This document shows positions 1 through 8,905 of a stretch of 64,000 bases of DNA, piece by piece. How positions within the stretch are numbered: the first letter of the stretch is position 1; each line of letters begins with the position of its first letter. Below the pieces are notes generated by a model. The model did not search any database. It was not told the DNA's origin and was given only the letters and a program-made list of their open reading frames with translations. Both the position numbers and the translations under genes were made by a program. Source of the DNA: Deltaproteobacteria bacterium (GTDB lineage Bacteria > Bdellovibrionota > FAC87 > UBA2466); assembly GCA_900299195.1 (NCBI GenBank), contig OMIX01000081.1:1407-65406 (forward strand), given 5' to 3'.

Positions 1-44
1 GTGGAACAAGCGAAATTATTGATTAATTTGGAAGGATAAACGAT

Positions 45-1487
45 TTGGTTCTTGAATATATTTATTCAAAACTGCGCGTTTTAGCTAGTGGCAAGTTAAT
101 CCCATTGCTCTTTGTTGTTTTTGCAATTTGTATAATCCACGAAGAATATAAGTTCTTATTAAACAAAATCCCAATCACAGAAATTCATCAAGACGAGAGC
201 CAGCATGTCCATATTGCTTGGAATATTTTAAAGGGCAAGGTGATTTACAAGGATTTTTGGGAACATCACGGACCTCTTACAGCCTGGGTAAATGGCCTTG
301 TTTTGAAATCTCTCAGAGGAGAAGTTGCATCCTTTCAAACTTTTTTTATCTTAAGATATTGGTCGGTTCTGGTTTTTAGTGTTTCATCTGTCTTTGTTGT
401 CCTTTCAGTATATTTTCTAAGTGGCAATCTAGCGGCTGGTTTCTTGGCTTTGCCTTTGATGTTCGCTACCACCGTTTTTCAAAATGAGATTTTTAAGTTG
501 CGACCGGAAATATATATTGGTTTGTTCTTTTTAGTTTGGTTTTTTCTTTGGTTGAAAAACAAACGATTTTTCTCTGGTGTTGTCTTAGGTGTTTGCTTGG
601 CGTTTCACACCAAGTTTTTTCCAACCAATCTTATCGTTTTAATTTTTGACCTGTTTCTTTTTTTTCCGAGAAGTAGGTCAACTCGATCGATTCTGAACTG
701 CTTCTCTATGGCTTTGGGTCAGAGTCTGACTTGTTTTCTTGTAATTATAGTTTTGTGGCTTCAGGGTTCTTTGATGGATGGATATCAAACACTTTTAGCC
801 CATAACTTTGAATTGGCTTCAAAAAGACTCAGTGTCGAGTCAGTCCAGTACCTCTATAAAACCCTCCCAAAATCAGAGGCATTGCTATTTCAAGTCCTGG
901 GCGGGTTAATTTTGGTGCTTGTCTTTCTGTTTTTTCTAAAAAGAAGGCAGGTAAGCAATCCTATAAAGATGGGCTTTATACTAATGATTTCTTTTCTCGT
1001 CTTTTTAACCAGTCCCGTTTGGAATTACAGTTTGATTATGTTTTTGCCAGTCTTAATTGTATTGGTGGTTAGTTTTATTGCTTTAATTCCGTGGAACCGG
1101 GTTTTGAGTTTAGGTTTGTTGGCTACTCTAATCTGGAGATTGTGGGGTGAAACTTACAAGATACCTCAAACAAATTCTTCCTTACTCGAAACACAGAGGG
1201 AATCTGTTCAATTGGTTTTGACACAAACCACTCGGGAGACGCCTATCTTTTATGTTTGGGCTAGTAGGTGTCCAGCCTACGTTTTCAATGCAGATTTTAA
1301 TAAGTGGTGGGCTAATATGCCGTATGTAATTAATTTAGACCCTATGGTCCAAGTAAACCGTTTTGAAGACTTGGGGATTCGTTGGGTTGCTATTGAAACT
1401 TCTTACATGAATGGTATTTACCGGATCGAAAAGGCTTTCTTAGAAAATAAATTTGAAAGAATTGGTTGTCTATGGAAAAGAAAATAG
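45..1487 (+). CDS. GT-C fold integral-membrane glycosyltransferase (ArnT/PMT-like)
   Basis: 480-aa ORF with TTG start 5 nt after GGAAGGA. Highly hydrophobic with many predicted TM helices. The first-loop motif DESQHVHIAWNILKG...HGPL resembles the acidic loop of ArnT/PMT-type enzymes. Confidence 0.5.
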   Translation: MVLEYIYSKLRVLASGKLIPLLFVVFAICIIHEEYKFLLNKIPITEIHQDESQHVHIAWNILKGKVIYKDFWEHHGPLTAWVNGLVLKSLRGEVASFQTFFILRYWSVLVFSVSSVFVVLSVYFLSGNLAAGFLALPLMFATTVFQNEIFKLRPEIYIGLFFLVWFFLWLKNKRFFSGVVLGVCLAFHTKFFPTNLIVLIFDLFLFFPRSRSTRSILNCFSMALGQSLTCFLVIIVLWLQGSLMDGYQTLLAHNFELASKRLSVESVQYLYKTLPKSEALLFQVLGGLILVLVFLFFLKRRQVSNPIKMGFILMISFLVFLTSPVWNYSLIMFLPVLIVLVVSFIALIPWNRVLSLGLLATLIWRLWGETYKIPQTNSSLLETQRESVQLVLTQTTRETPIFYVWASRCPAYVFNADFNKWWANMPYVINLDPMVQVNRFEDLGIRWVAIETSYMNGIYRIEKAFLENKFERIGCLWKRK

Positions 1488-1507
1488 TCGAAAGCTGCGA
1501 GTAAAAG

Positions 1508-3436
1508 ATGGATTCCCCAAAAAGACAAAACGCATCTAAATTGGAAGTTGCTAGTCAGCGAAGAATTTTTGGTCGACTTTTTTTTGGAGACTACAGTGAA
1601 GTTGTCCTCATAACTCTTTTGGTGAGTATTGGCGGAGTTGTTTTCTTTCCCTCCTTATTTGCTGATTTTTTTTGGGATGATAGATTGGCTATTCTACAGC
1701 GTCCGGCTGTTATTGAACCCGATGGTTTTTTAAGGGCCTGGATTCCTTTTCGAAATACTGAATATTGGCCCGTAAGTTACACTTTTTTTTGGTTGTTGTG
1801 GAGAATAGCACCTAACTCTGCAGCAGTATTTCACCTAGCAGTTGTGGTGACTCACCTTGGGTGTAGCATTCTATTGTGGCGCCTGTTTTTGAACTTAAGA
1901 GTTCCTTTGGCTTATTTTGGGGCGCTTTTGTTTTTGATTCATCCGATTAATGCAGAAACAGCTTCTTGGGTCCGTCAACTTGAAACCACCTTGAGTTTAT
2001 TGGGAGGCCTTGCCTCCATTTATTATTGGGATCTATTTCTAAAGAAAAAAAATAGGGATGATGCCCTCAAATCTTTACTTGGATTTGTTTTTGGAGTCCT
2101 TTCAAAAACTACTGTGGTCGCTTTTCCTGGCATTTTGGTTTTGCTCAGTTGGTACTTTGGAGCTTTTGATGGCTTAGTAAAATCGAAACAGTCCGTTTCA
2201 CTTCGCAACTTCTGGACCCTAAATGTTACGCGAAGATTAATTCCCTTTTTGGTAGTGGGAGCCATAATGGGTGTTGTCTCAGTTTTACACAATAACTTCA
2301 ATTCACTTACGGATGGCCTCACGATTAGGACAGATGGTTTTCTGGAACGTTTACAAATTTCCGGATGGGCACTTTGGTTTTATCTATCTAAGGCGATCCT
2401 CCCTATTGATTTGATGTTTATGTATCCTAGATGGAGCTCGGATCCGACCAATATCCTACATTGGATTCCCCTGTTTACTTACCTCGTCTTATTGGTGTTT
2501 TTGTGGGGCGGGCGGGAAAGAAAGGGTTATCGACTTCTTTTTTTGTGTTTGAGCGCTTATGCCATTGCGCTGTTTCCTGCGCTTGGATTCGTAAATATCT
2601 ATTTCATGCGATATAGCCTTGTGGCGGACCACTGGCAGTACCAAGCCGTTCCTATAATTATAGCTCTTATGTGCTGTGGTCTAAAAGCTTCTTTAATCAA
2701 ACTTGACACCCAAAAACCTCTGAAGGTCTCTACTTTGTTTCTGGTAAAAAGTGGGATCCTAGTTTGGTTGTTGAGTTGGGGCTATCATAGCCATCTCATT
2801 TCAAAAACATTCCAAAAAGACGAAACGGTTTATTTAGAAACTCTGAAGAAGAACCCCGGTGCTTGGATGGTTTATAATAATTTGGGGAATATTTATTCGG
2901 ATCGAAAAGATTGGGACATGGCTATTAGGTTTTTTAGAAAATCTTACGAAATGAATCCCGGTCACATAGAAGCTATGACCAACGAAGGAAAAACACTCAT
3001 TACAATACATCGGTATCAGGAAGCAGTGGCGCTCTTTGATCGTGCTGCTAAATTAGCTCCCAACCATTCCACCATCTATCCAGACTGGTGTGGTGCTTAT
3101 GCTATGTTAGGGAACTATGATTTAGCTGAAGAAAAATGTTTAAAAGCTCTAGAGCTTTCTAATGCTGCAATTAACGAAAGCAGTTTCAATGCTTATTTGA
3201 ATTTAACCTATGTCTATCGCAAAACTCACCGGTCTCCGCAGGCTGTGGATATACTCCAAAAACTCACCAAGCAATTCCCAGAAAATCTGTTAATTCGGAG
3301 TAAGTTGGCAGGTGCTCTTTTCGAAGTGGGCGAGGCCCGGCAGGCCCAACTAATTGCTGAAGCTGTTTTAGCTAGAAATGCTACGGATGAGCAGGCCCTT
3401 GAGATTGTTAAAAAAGTCCGATTAAAAAAAGAGTGA
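1508..3436 (+). CDS. TMTC-like GT-C glycosyltransferase with C-terminal TPR repeats
   Basis: 642 aa. The N-terminal half is multi-TM, with a first-loop FFWDDRLAI motif, HPINAET and ADHWQY motifs as in TMTC/DUF1736-type O-mannosyltransferase homologues. The C-terminal ~200 aa has TPR-like repeats (AWMVYNNLGNIYSDRKDWDMAIRFFRKSYEMNP...). Confidence 0.6.
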   Translation: MDSPKRQNASKLEVASQRRIFGRLFFGDYSEVVLITLLVSIGGVVFFPSLFADFFWDDRLAILQRPAVIEPDGFLRAWIPFRNTEYWPVSYTFFWLLWRIAPNSAAVFHLAVVVTHLGCSILLWRLFLNLRVPLAYFGALLFLIHPINAETASWVRQLETTLSLLGGLASIYYWDLFLKKKNRDDALKSLLGFVFGVLSKTTVVAFPGILVLLSWYFGAFDGLVKSKQSVSLRNFWTLNVTRRLIPFLVVGAIMGVVSVLHNNFNSLTDGLTIRTDGFLERLQISGWALWFYLSKAILPIDLMFMYPRWSSDPTNILHWIPLFTYLVLLVFLWGGRERKGYRLLFLCLSAYAIALFPALGFVNIYFMRYSLVADHWQYQAVPIIIALMCCGLKASLIKLDTQKPLKVSTLFLVKSGILVWLLSWGYHSHLISKTFQKDETVYLETLKKNPGAWMVYNNLGNIYSDRKDWDMAIRFFRKSYEMNPGHIEAMTNEGKTLITIHRYQEAVALFDRAAKLAPNHSTIYPDWCGAYAMLGNYDLAEEKCLKALELSNAAINESSFNAYLNLTYVYRKTHRSPQAVDILQKLTKQFPENLLIRSKLAGALFEVGEARQAQLIAEAVLARNATDEQALEIVKKVRLKKE

Positions 3437-5550
3437 TAATAAGCCCCATGTCTACAATTTCAAAAAAGTTGTCAGATTCGCAGAAAGCCACAGGATTGAT
3501 AATGGCTCTGTGTTCCCTGTTAGTATTTCTCTATAGGTTAACTGCCCCTACGGGAACTACGCCAGAAGACGCTTCTGAATTTATTTTAGTTGCACACAAA
3601 ATGGGATTAGCCCACCCTCCGGGTTACCCCTTGTTTACATGGATTGGCCATTTTTTTTCATTGTTACCTTTGGGAACCCCGGCTCAGAAAATAGCTTTTC
3701 TGAGTCACATTTCTGTTGCTGTAGCGGCCGGTATTTTGGGAGCTTGTATTTTTATAAGGCTTCATGATTTGGTTTGGGTTGCCTTTGCAGTCTTAACATT
3801 TGGTTTGTCTCCTTTTGTTTGGGAGAGCGCACAATTTGTGGAAGTTTATCCCCTTCATACTGCACTGATGGCAATGTTTTTTTTTCAGTCCATTCTCATA
3901 GCGGAGACACCGGAAAAATCTCCCAGTAAGATGAGTTCTTTTTTTCTGGGTCTTACGTTTGGATTCGCATTAAGCAATCATTATCCACTCGTGGTTTTGG
4001 CTGTTCCCTCCTTGATAATGATGCTAATGACAAAGAGAGAATCTTTCTTCCGCTTTAGCTGTGTATCATGGTTTTTGATGGGAGCTGTCGCTGGACTCTT
4101 ACCATATTTGCATTTAGTTTTCGTTCATCACTATAGCGAATTTATTTTTAGTGATCCCATTGAAAGTGTAAATCAGCTCTTTGATTACATTTTAAGAAAA
4201 GAATATGCAGCCAATAATCAAAGTCGAACTTTCTCACATAGAGAACTTATCCTCTATTCAAAAGAAAATATTTGTATGCTTTTTACTGCTTTTACTCCGG
4301 TGACTTTCGGCTTTGTTGGATACTTTTTCTCCGGAGGGTTAAAACTAAAACTAAAATCACCGTACATAGGTTCATTAATTTTAGGATTAGCCTCGAGCCT
4401 TTTGTTCCTGTTTTTGTTTTGGCAACCCGATTATTATGATCTAGCTATTGAATTGTTTAAAAGCTTTCAGGGATTTGCTTTGTTCTGCTTTATCTTAATT
4501 GGCGTTGAGGCAATGAACGAGGCACAGAAAAAGTTTAATCGAAGAGAATGGTTTAGATTTTCCGTTTTTTTTATTCCTCTTTTGCTCTTTTCGTGCAGTT
4601 TTAAAAAAAACAACAGAAGAACAGATGATTTTTGCCGGGATTATGCTTCTTGGGTTCTCAGTGCTCTTCCCCCAAACTCTGTTCTCTTTACCAAAGGTGA
4701 TACAGATGCGGGGATTCTTGCGTATTATCATTTTCTGGAAAATAAAAGGCCTGATGTCCTGCTGATTTCCCAAGTAGCAGCTTTACTGCCCTCAAAGCCG
4801 TTTAGTCGGGCGATAGATATTCCTAAGCAACAACACACGTTGGGTCTTTTGAATAAGATTAGTGAGGCCTTTGAAAATCACCGCCCAGTATTTACGATTG
4901 GTTCCATGGAGTATTTTAATTCAGATTCTCACATCTTTCCGTTTCAAACGAAAAACTATGGTCTCTTTCAAGAGGTCTATCAAACTGAGCAAGCCCCTGT
5001 AAGAAATTTTGAAAAGGCGGTTACTGGGGCGGGAGAATTTTTAACTAAGGCAATGGAGGCTGAATTTGAACCGAATTTTGTTTTTTATCGAAAAAAATTG
5101 ATTTCGGATGCTTGTCATACTCTTTTGATTCATCGAGTTAACCACGAAGCCTTTTCTGTATTTCCAGAATGCAAATTTTTGAGGGGGCAGTGGCTGCACG
5201 TAGAACAACAGGACTATGCCCAAGCAGATGGTTTGTTTCTTGAGGCGATTCGGGGTTTCCATTTGGCTCAAAATTCGGAATTAGTGAATCTGGGCTCCGA
5301 TTTTATTATCAATCGGGTCAAGTGGGTTTCGACTCTTCCGCTCAATGCCATCGAACAAAAACAGAAATTACTGAAGGAGGGAATTCAATTAACGTTACCA
5401 TTCGCTTTGGGTTTAAAGGTTTGCAAAAATAAATTAGCACCTAAAATCTTGGAACTAGCCAATCAATTAGAAGAAGCTAAAGTTTCTCAACAGATTACCG
5501 ATACATTCTTCGATTGTCCGTGGGTTCAGCGGTTTCTTTTAACACGATGA
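3433..5550 (+). CDS. DUF2723 / TMEM260-like GT-C membrane glycosyltransferase
   Basis: 705 aa. It has the HPPGYPLFTWIGHFF motif typical of DUF2723, many TM helices, then a soluble C-terminal domain. The GTG start overlaps the upstream stop by 4 nt; an alternative ATG lies at 3448. Confidence 0.6.
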   Translation: MIISPMSTISKKLSDSQKATGLIMALCSLLVFLYRLTAPTGTTPEDASEFILVAHKMGLAHPPGYPLFTWIGHFFSLLPLGTPAQKIAFLSHISVAVAAGILGACIFIRLHDLVWVAFAVLTFGLSPFVWESAQFVEVYPLHTALMAMFFFQSILIAETPEKSPSKMSSFFLGLTFGFALSNHYPLVVLAVPSLIMMLMTKRESFFRFSCVSWFLMGAVAGLLPYLHLVFVHHYSEFIFSDPIESVNQLFDYILRKEYAANNQSRTFSHRELILYSKENICMLFTAFTPVTFGFVGYFFSGGLKLKLKSPYIGSLILGLASSLLFLFLFWQPDYYDLAIELFKSFQGFALFCFILIGVEAMNEAQKKFNRREWFRFSVFFIPLLLFSCSFKKNNRRTDDFCRDYASWVLSALPPNSVLFTKGDTDAGILAYYHFLENKRPDVLLISQVAALLPSKPFSRAIDIPKQQHTLGLLNKISEAFENHRPVFTIGSMEYFNSDSHIFPFQTKNYGLFQEVYQTEQAPVRNFEKAVTGAGEFLTKAMEAEFEPNFVFYRKKLISDACHTLLIHRVNHEAFSVFPECKFLRGQWLHVEQQDYAQADGLFLEAIRGFHLAQNSELVNLGSDFIINRVKWVSTLPLNAIEQKQKLLKEGIQLTLPFALGLKVCKNKLAPKILELANQLEEAKVSQQITDTFFDCPWVQRFLLTR

Positions 5551-5567
5551 GATTGTATAATTAGTTT

Positions 5568-6089
5568 ATGAATGATCAGCAAAAAAATATTTTGCTTGTA
5601 GCTTTGTTAATGTTATCCAGCACACTTGTAGTGAAACAATTTTTAACAACTGGAAAGAGCGATGGAGTTCATCCAAGTTTAATACCGGTCAATGTTTCCT
5701 CTGATCCGAAAAAGACCGTTATGAAGACGCCTTACGAGGATAATCAGGTAAAGAATACCATAGCGAAATATAATGGTGAGATACAAAAATGTTATTTAAA
5801 GCATTTAGAAAATCCTAAGGCAGAAACGAGTGGTAGAGTGCAAGTGGATTGGCAGATCAGTCCATCAGGAGAAACTCTCTCCCCATCCTTAGTAAGTTCA
5901 AACATGAACGACCAAGAGTTCGCAGATTGTATCGTCAATAAAGTAAAAACTTTTAAGTTTCCTCCCCCACCTACAGATAAGCCCCTTTATACCTCTTTTG
6001 GATATGTATTCCACAAGCAAGGAGAATCTCTGGCCCCTCAGTTAGTTACCACTCCAAATACAAAAGCTAGTAAGAATACAAAGAAGTGA
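5568..6089 (+). CDS. AgmX/PglI C-terminal (TonB-C-like) domain protein, membrane-anchored
   Basis: 173 aa with an N-terminal hydrophobic anchor. The C-terminal segment (IQKCYLKHL...GRVQVDWQISPSGE...FADCIVNKVKTFKFPPP) resembles the AgmX/PglI C-terminal domain. It lies 17 nt after the GT-C trio and is probably in the same operon. Confidence 0.45.
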   Translation: MNDQQKNILLVALLMLSSTLVVKQFLTTGKSDGVHPSLIPVNVSSDPKKTVMKTPYEDNQVKNTIAKYNGEIQKCYLKHLENPKAETSGRVQVDWQISPSGETLSPSLVSSNMNDQEFADCIVNKVKTFKFPPPPTDKPLYTSFGYVFHKQGESLAPQLVTTPNTKASKNTKK

Positions 6090-6168
6090 AAGACAGGTTT
6101 ATAAAAGGATAGGTTTGTTGTTATTAGTCTTCGCTCTTCGAACAAGGTTTTAATCTACGTAATTTTAG

Positions 6169-6930
6169 CTATCCCGTTTTTACTTTCAAATGGCGTTGGT
6201 TTTCCGATGGGATAGAAGGGTAAAGATCCAACACTCTATTAATAAGTATGGAATAAATGCCTTCTCCAGACTCAGAGGCAAGTCCCAAAAGCACTGCCAG
6301 CGACCAGCGACAAATGATAGGGTCGATAAGCCGAGTGGGTCTGATATCTCCGCTTTCAGCTCCGGGCCAAACATTGTGTCCGGTGACTAGGCGATCATTT
6401 TTTCTAACCAGTTGATATAGAATCTTATCCTGTTTTAAAACGATTGAGAAATTGGGTGTTTTGTCAGAAGCTTGACCCTCCCAATCGATTTCCACCGGGA
6501 TAGGCCCATCGAAACTTAAATAGTCCGGTAGTTCGCCCGGGAAACCTTCTTTTTCTAATTTTTGTAATCGGCCTAGGGCGGCTCCCGATCGAATCCAAGG
6601 GATGATCTCTTTTAAGAAAGATAAAATTTCCGTTTGTTCATGGGAAAGTTGATAACCTATTTTTTCTTGGGAGCGATATCTTTCCTCGATTTGGCAGGTA
6701 ATGGAACGATCGAGAAACGTAATTTGAACAGTGGGATTCAAGTCTCCTGCAGTTTTTCGACTTAGTAACTTTAAGTTCCCAGCTTGTTGAGGGAAGGGAA
6801 CGAGACTAAATCCACCGTAAGAGAGCTCTTGGACGATACCTAAGGGTATGTTGTTTTGAGAAATGAAACAAAGCCTCGGATTGTTGATCACAAAACGATG
6901 ATAGAGTCTTGAGTCTTCGAGAGTTTCCAT
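6169..6930 (-). CDS. hypothetical protein with N-terminal PilZ-like motifs
   Basis: 253 aa. RLYHR (RxxxR) is followed about 23 residues later by ELSYGG, compared with the PilZ (D/N)xSxxG motif. It lies 25 nt downstream of the GT2 gene on the same strand. Confidence 0.35.
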   Translation of the reverse strand: METLEDSRLYHRFVINNPRLCFISQNNIPLGIVQELSYGGFSLVPFPQQAGNLKLLSRKTAGDLNPTVQITFLDRSITCQIEERYRSQEKIGYQLSHEQTEILSFLKEIIPWIRSGAALGRLQKLEKEGFPGELPDYLSFDGPIPVEIDWEGQASDKTPNFSIVLKQDKILYQLVRKNDRLVTGHNVWPGAESGDIRPTRLIDPIICRWSLAVLLGLASESGEGIYSILINRVLDLYPSIPSENQRHLKVKTG

Positions 6931-6955
6931 ATGTCCCTTTGAGAGATGAGATTGA

Positions 6956-7981
6956 TCAAACTTTTCCAGGAGCCCGTGATTGAACTAAATACAGAGGTTT
7001 TCCCATGGAGATAGAAAGTATGAGACCGATATATTCCGCCAGAATTCCAATCGAAACCATGAGGACTCCAAATAGAAACGAAATGAGAATAAATAATGAG
7101 GTCCAACCTTGAACAGGGACATTTCCCGTGAGTTTTTGATAAAGTGCCCATCCGGTTAATCCCAAGCTTAAAAAGATGGTCATCAGTCCCATCATTGAGA
7201 TGGCTCTTAGCGGAGTTCCTGGAGAGGAAAGCACTAGCCTTCTAAAGTGGCTCATCAATCGGTAGGGACTGTAACTACGAGAGGGACGCCATTCTTTTCT
7301 TAGCGAAATGGGACAACTCCCTGAAGTTAAAGTGACCCACTGTAAGGCAACATCTAAATAGACACCAGCTCCACAATAAGCAGATAAACTGCGCCCTACA
7401 TCACCACGGATAATTCTAAAACTAGAGAAATCTCCTCGGTTTTCATTGCTTAGCATCGATTTAAAAATCCAATGAGCCAATCGGCTACTGGTGTTTCTAA
7501 AAGCAGTGTGGGGAGCTTTTTCCGTCGAAATTCCATACACTAATTGGTAACTTCCTTCCCAGGCAGTTTTTAGCAATCGTCGAATATCATGAGGAGAGTG
7601 AAGTCCATCCTCATCTAAAGTGGCAACCCAGTCGCCTCGAGATCTGGCGACTCCAGCAAGGGTCGCAGCGTGCTGTCCAAAGTTTCTCGAGAGCCAAACA
7701 TTTTTCACGAGCGGGTTTTGTTGGGCTAAATCTTTCATGACTTCAGCTGAGTTATCTTGGGCCCCGTCCCAAACTAAAATGATTTCAAGAATGTGAATGA
7801 ATTGATTGGGATCTTCCGTGTTTTTTAAAAGAGTGATTTCATCCACTAACTTTTTTAAAGTTTTTTCTCCACGGTAAACGGGAACGACGACTGAAACGGT
7901 TTGATGGGTCAAAGGGGAAGGATAAGTTGAGGGAACTTCCCAACGATTGGAGGCCACCGGGTTTAGGGCTGCTTCAGACAT
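6956..7981 (-). CDS. family 2 glycosyltransferase, polyprenyl-phosphate sugar synthase type (GtrB/ArnC/Dpm1-like)
   Basis: 341 aa. It has the N-terminal GT-A signature VSVVVPVYRGEKTL, LVWDGAQD and LDEDG (DxD-like) motifs. Two C-terminal TM helices match the GtrB/ArnC architecture. Confidence 0.7.
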   Translation of the reverse strand: MSEAALNPVASNRWEVPSTYPSPLTHQTVSVVVPVYRGEKTLKKLVDEITLLKNTEDPNQFIHILEIILVWDGAQDNSAEVMKDLAQQNPLVKNVWLSRNFGQHAATLAGVARSRGDWVATLDEDGLHSPHDIRRLLKTAWEGSYQLVYGISTEKAPHTAFRNTSSRLAHWIFKSMLSNENRGDFSSFRIIRGDVGRSLSAYCGAGVYLDVALQWVTLTSGSCPISLRKEWRPSRSYSPYRLMSHFRRLVLSSPGTPLRAISMMGLMTIFLSLGLTGWALYQKLTGNVPVQGWTSLFILISFLFGVLMVSIGILAEYIGLILSISMGKPLYLVQSRAPGKV

Positions 7982-8128
7982 AACATCCTTTTTTTGGGGT
8001 GTAGGAATTTGAGTTGCTAAAATCGATCCTAACTTAATGATAACCGTAAAGGTTCAAAGGCTCAATGACACAATGTTTAACTTTGTGGCTAGGTTTGTTT
8101 TGAGTAGTTTTTTAAATGAAGCTGTGTG

Positions 8129-8770
8129 TTAGCAGTGGACCAATCGTTGGTCCGCTTTGAGAGAGCTCTCTATTTTATCGCAGATGTAACTAAAATCGGC
8201 TGAGGTGTTTTTGAAGTCGAGATCGTCTGCGTTTACGATGAGAACCTTTCCTAAATCGTATTCTGCGATCCATTCCTCATAACAGCGTTCTAAAAGCTGA
8301 AGATACTCGGTAGGAATACTCTGTTCAAAAGTCCTACCTCGTTCCTTGATTCGTTCTTTCAAACAAGGGACTGAGCGTTTCACATAAACGACCAAATCGG
8401 GAGGAGTAAGAAATTGAGTCATGGTGGAGTAAAGCTCAAAGTAATTCTCATAATCCCGGGCATCCATTTGACCGCCCTCTTTTAGAGCTCGAGCAAAAAT
8501 GTGGGCATCTTCATAAATCGAACGATCTTGAATGGCTGAAATTTGGGATTTTACGATCATTTGGTGGGCTTGAAATCTTTTTGATAAAAAGAAGACTTGA
8601 AGCTGCAAAGACCACCGGTTCATGTCACTGTAAAAATCGGAGAGATAAGGGTTGCTGGCGACCACTTCAAAATGGGGCTCCCATGAGTAATGGTCAGAGA
8701 GCATTCGCGTTAAAGTTGTTTTGCCAGAGCCAATGTTACCTGCAACAGCGATGAATTTTGATTTATCCAT
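8129..8770 (-). CDS. deoxynucleoside kinase
   Basis: 213 aa with P-loop GNIGSGKTT, the NPYL..FY motif and DRS motif (IQDRSIYED) typical of the dNK/dCK/dGK family. Confidence 0.8.
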   Translation of the reverse strand: MDKSKFIAVAGNIGSGKTTLTRMLSDHYSWEPHFEVVASNPYLSDFYSDMNRWSLQLQVFFLSKRFQAHQMIVKSQISAIQDRSIYEDAHIFARALKEGGQMDARDYENYFELYSTMTQFLTPPDLVVYVKRSVPCLKERIKERGRTFEQSIPTEYLQLLERCYEEWIAEYDLGKVLIVNADDLDFKNTSADFSYICDKIESSLKADQRLVHC

Positions 8771-8905
8771 AAGAGAATTCCAATTTATTAATCAATGCTG
8801 GATCATAGGTCAAAGAAAATAGAGAAAGACTTTTTTGAAAAAGTCGTGTCAAACGATAATTTTCAAGTAGTCGCAAAAAAAATTTGGTGGTACCACTAAT
8901 GCTCT

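Noticed and set aside
2023-2322. Short ORFs nested inside or antisense to long, well-supported CDSs. Examples are 2023-2322, 4495-4773, 10256-10621, 17153-17599, 26137-26472, 30617-31108, 31458-31763, 50834-51118 and 52179-52532, plus the other 60-160-aa entries in the track.
   Set aside because: Each lies wholly within a longer ORF that has clear family motifs on the other strand or frame. Several arise from low-complexity regions (a Ser/Glu linker, a Gly run). None has an RBS or a recognisable motif.
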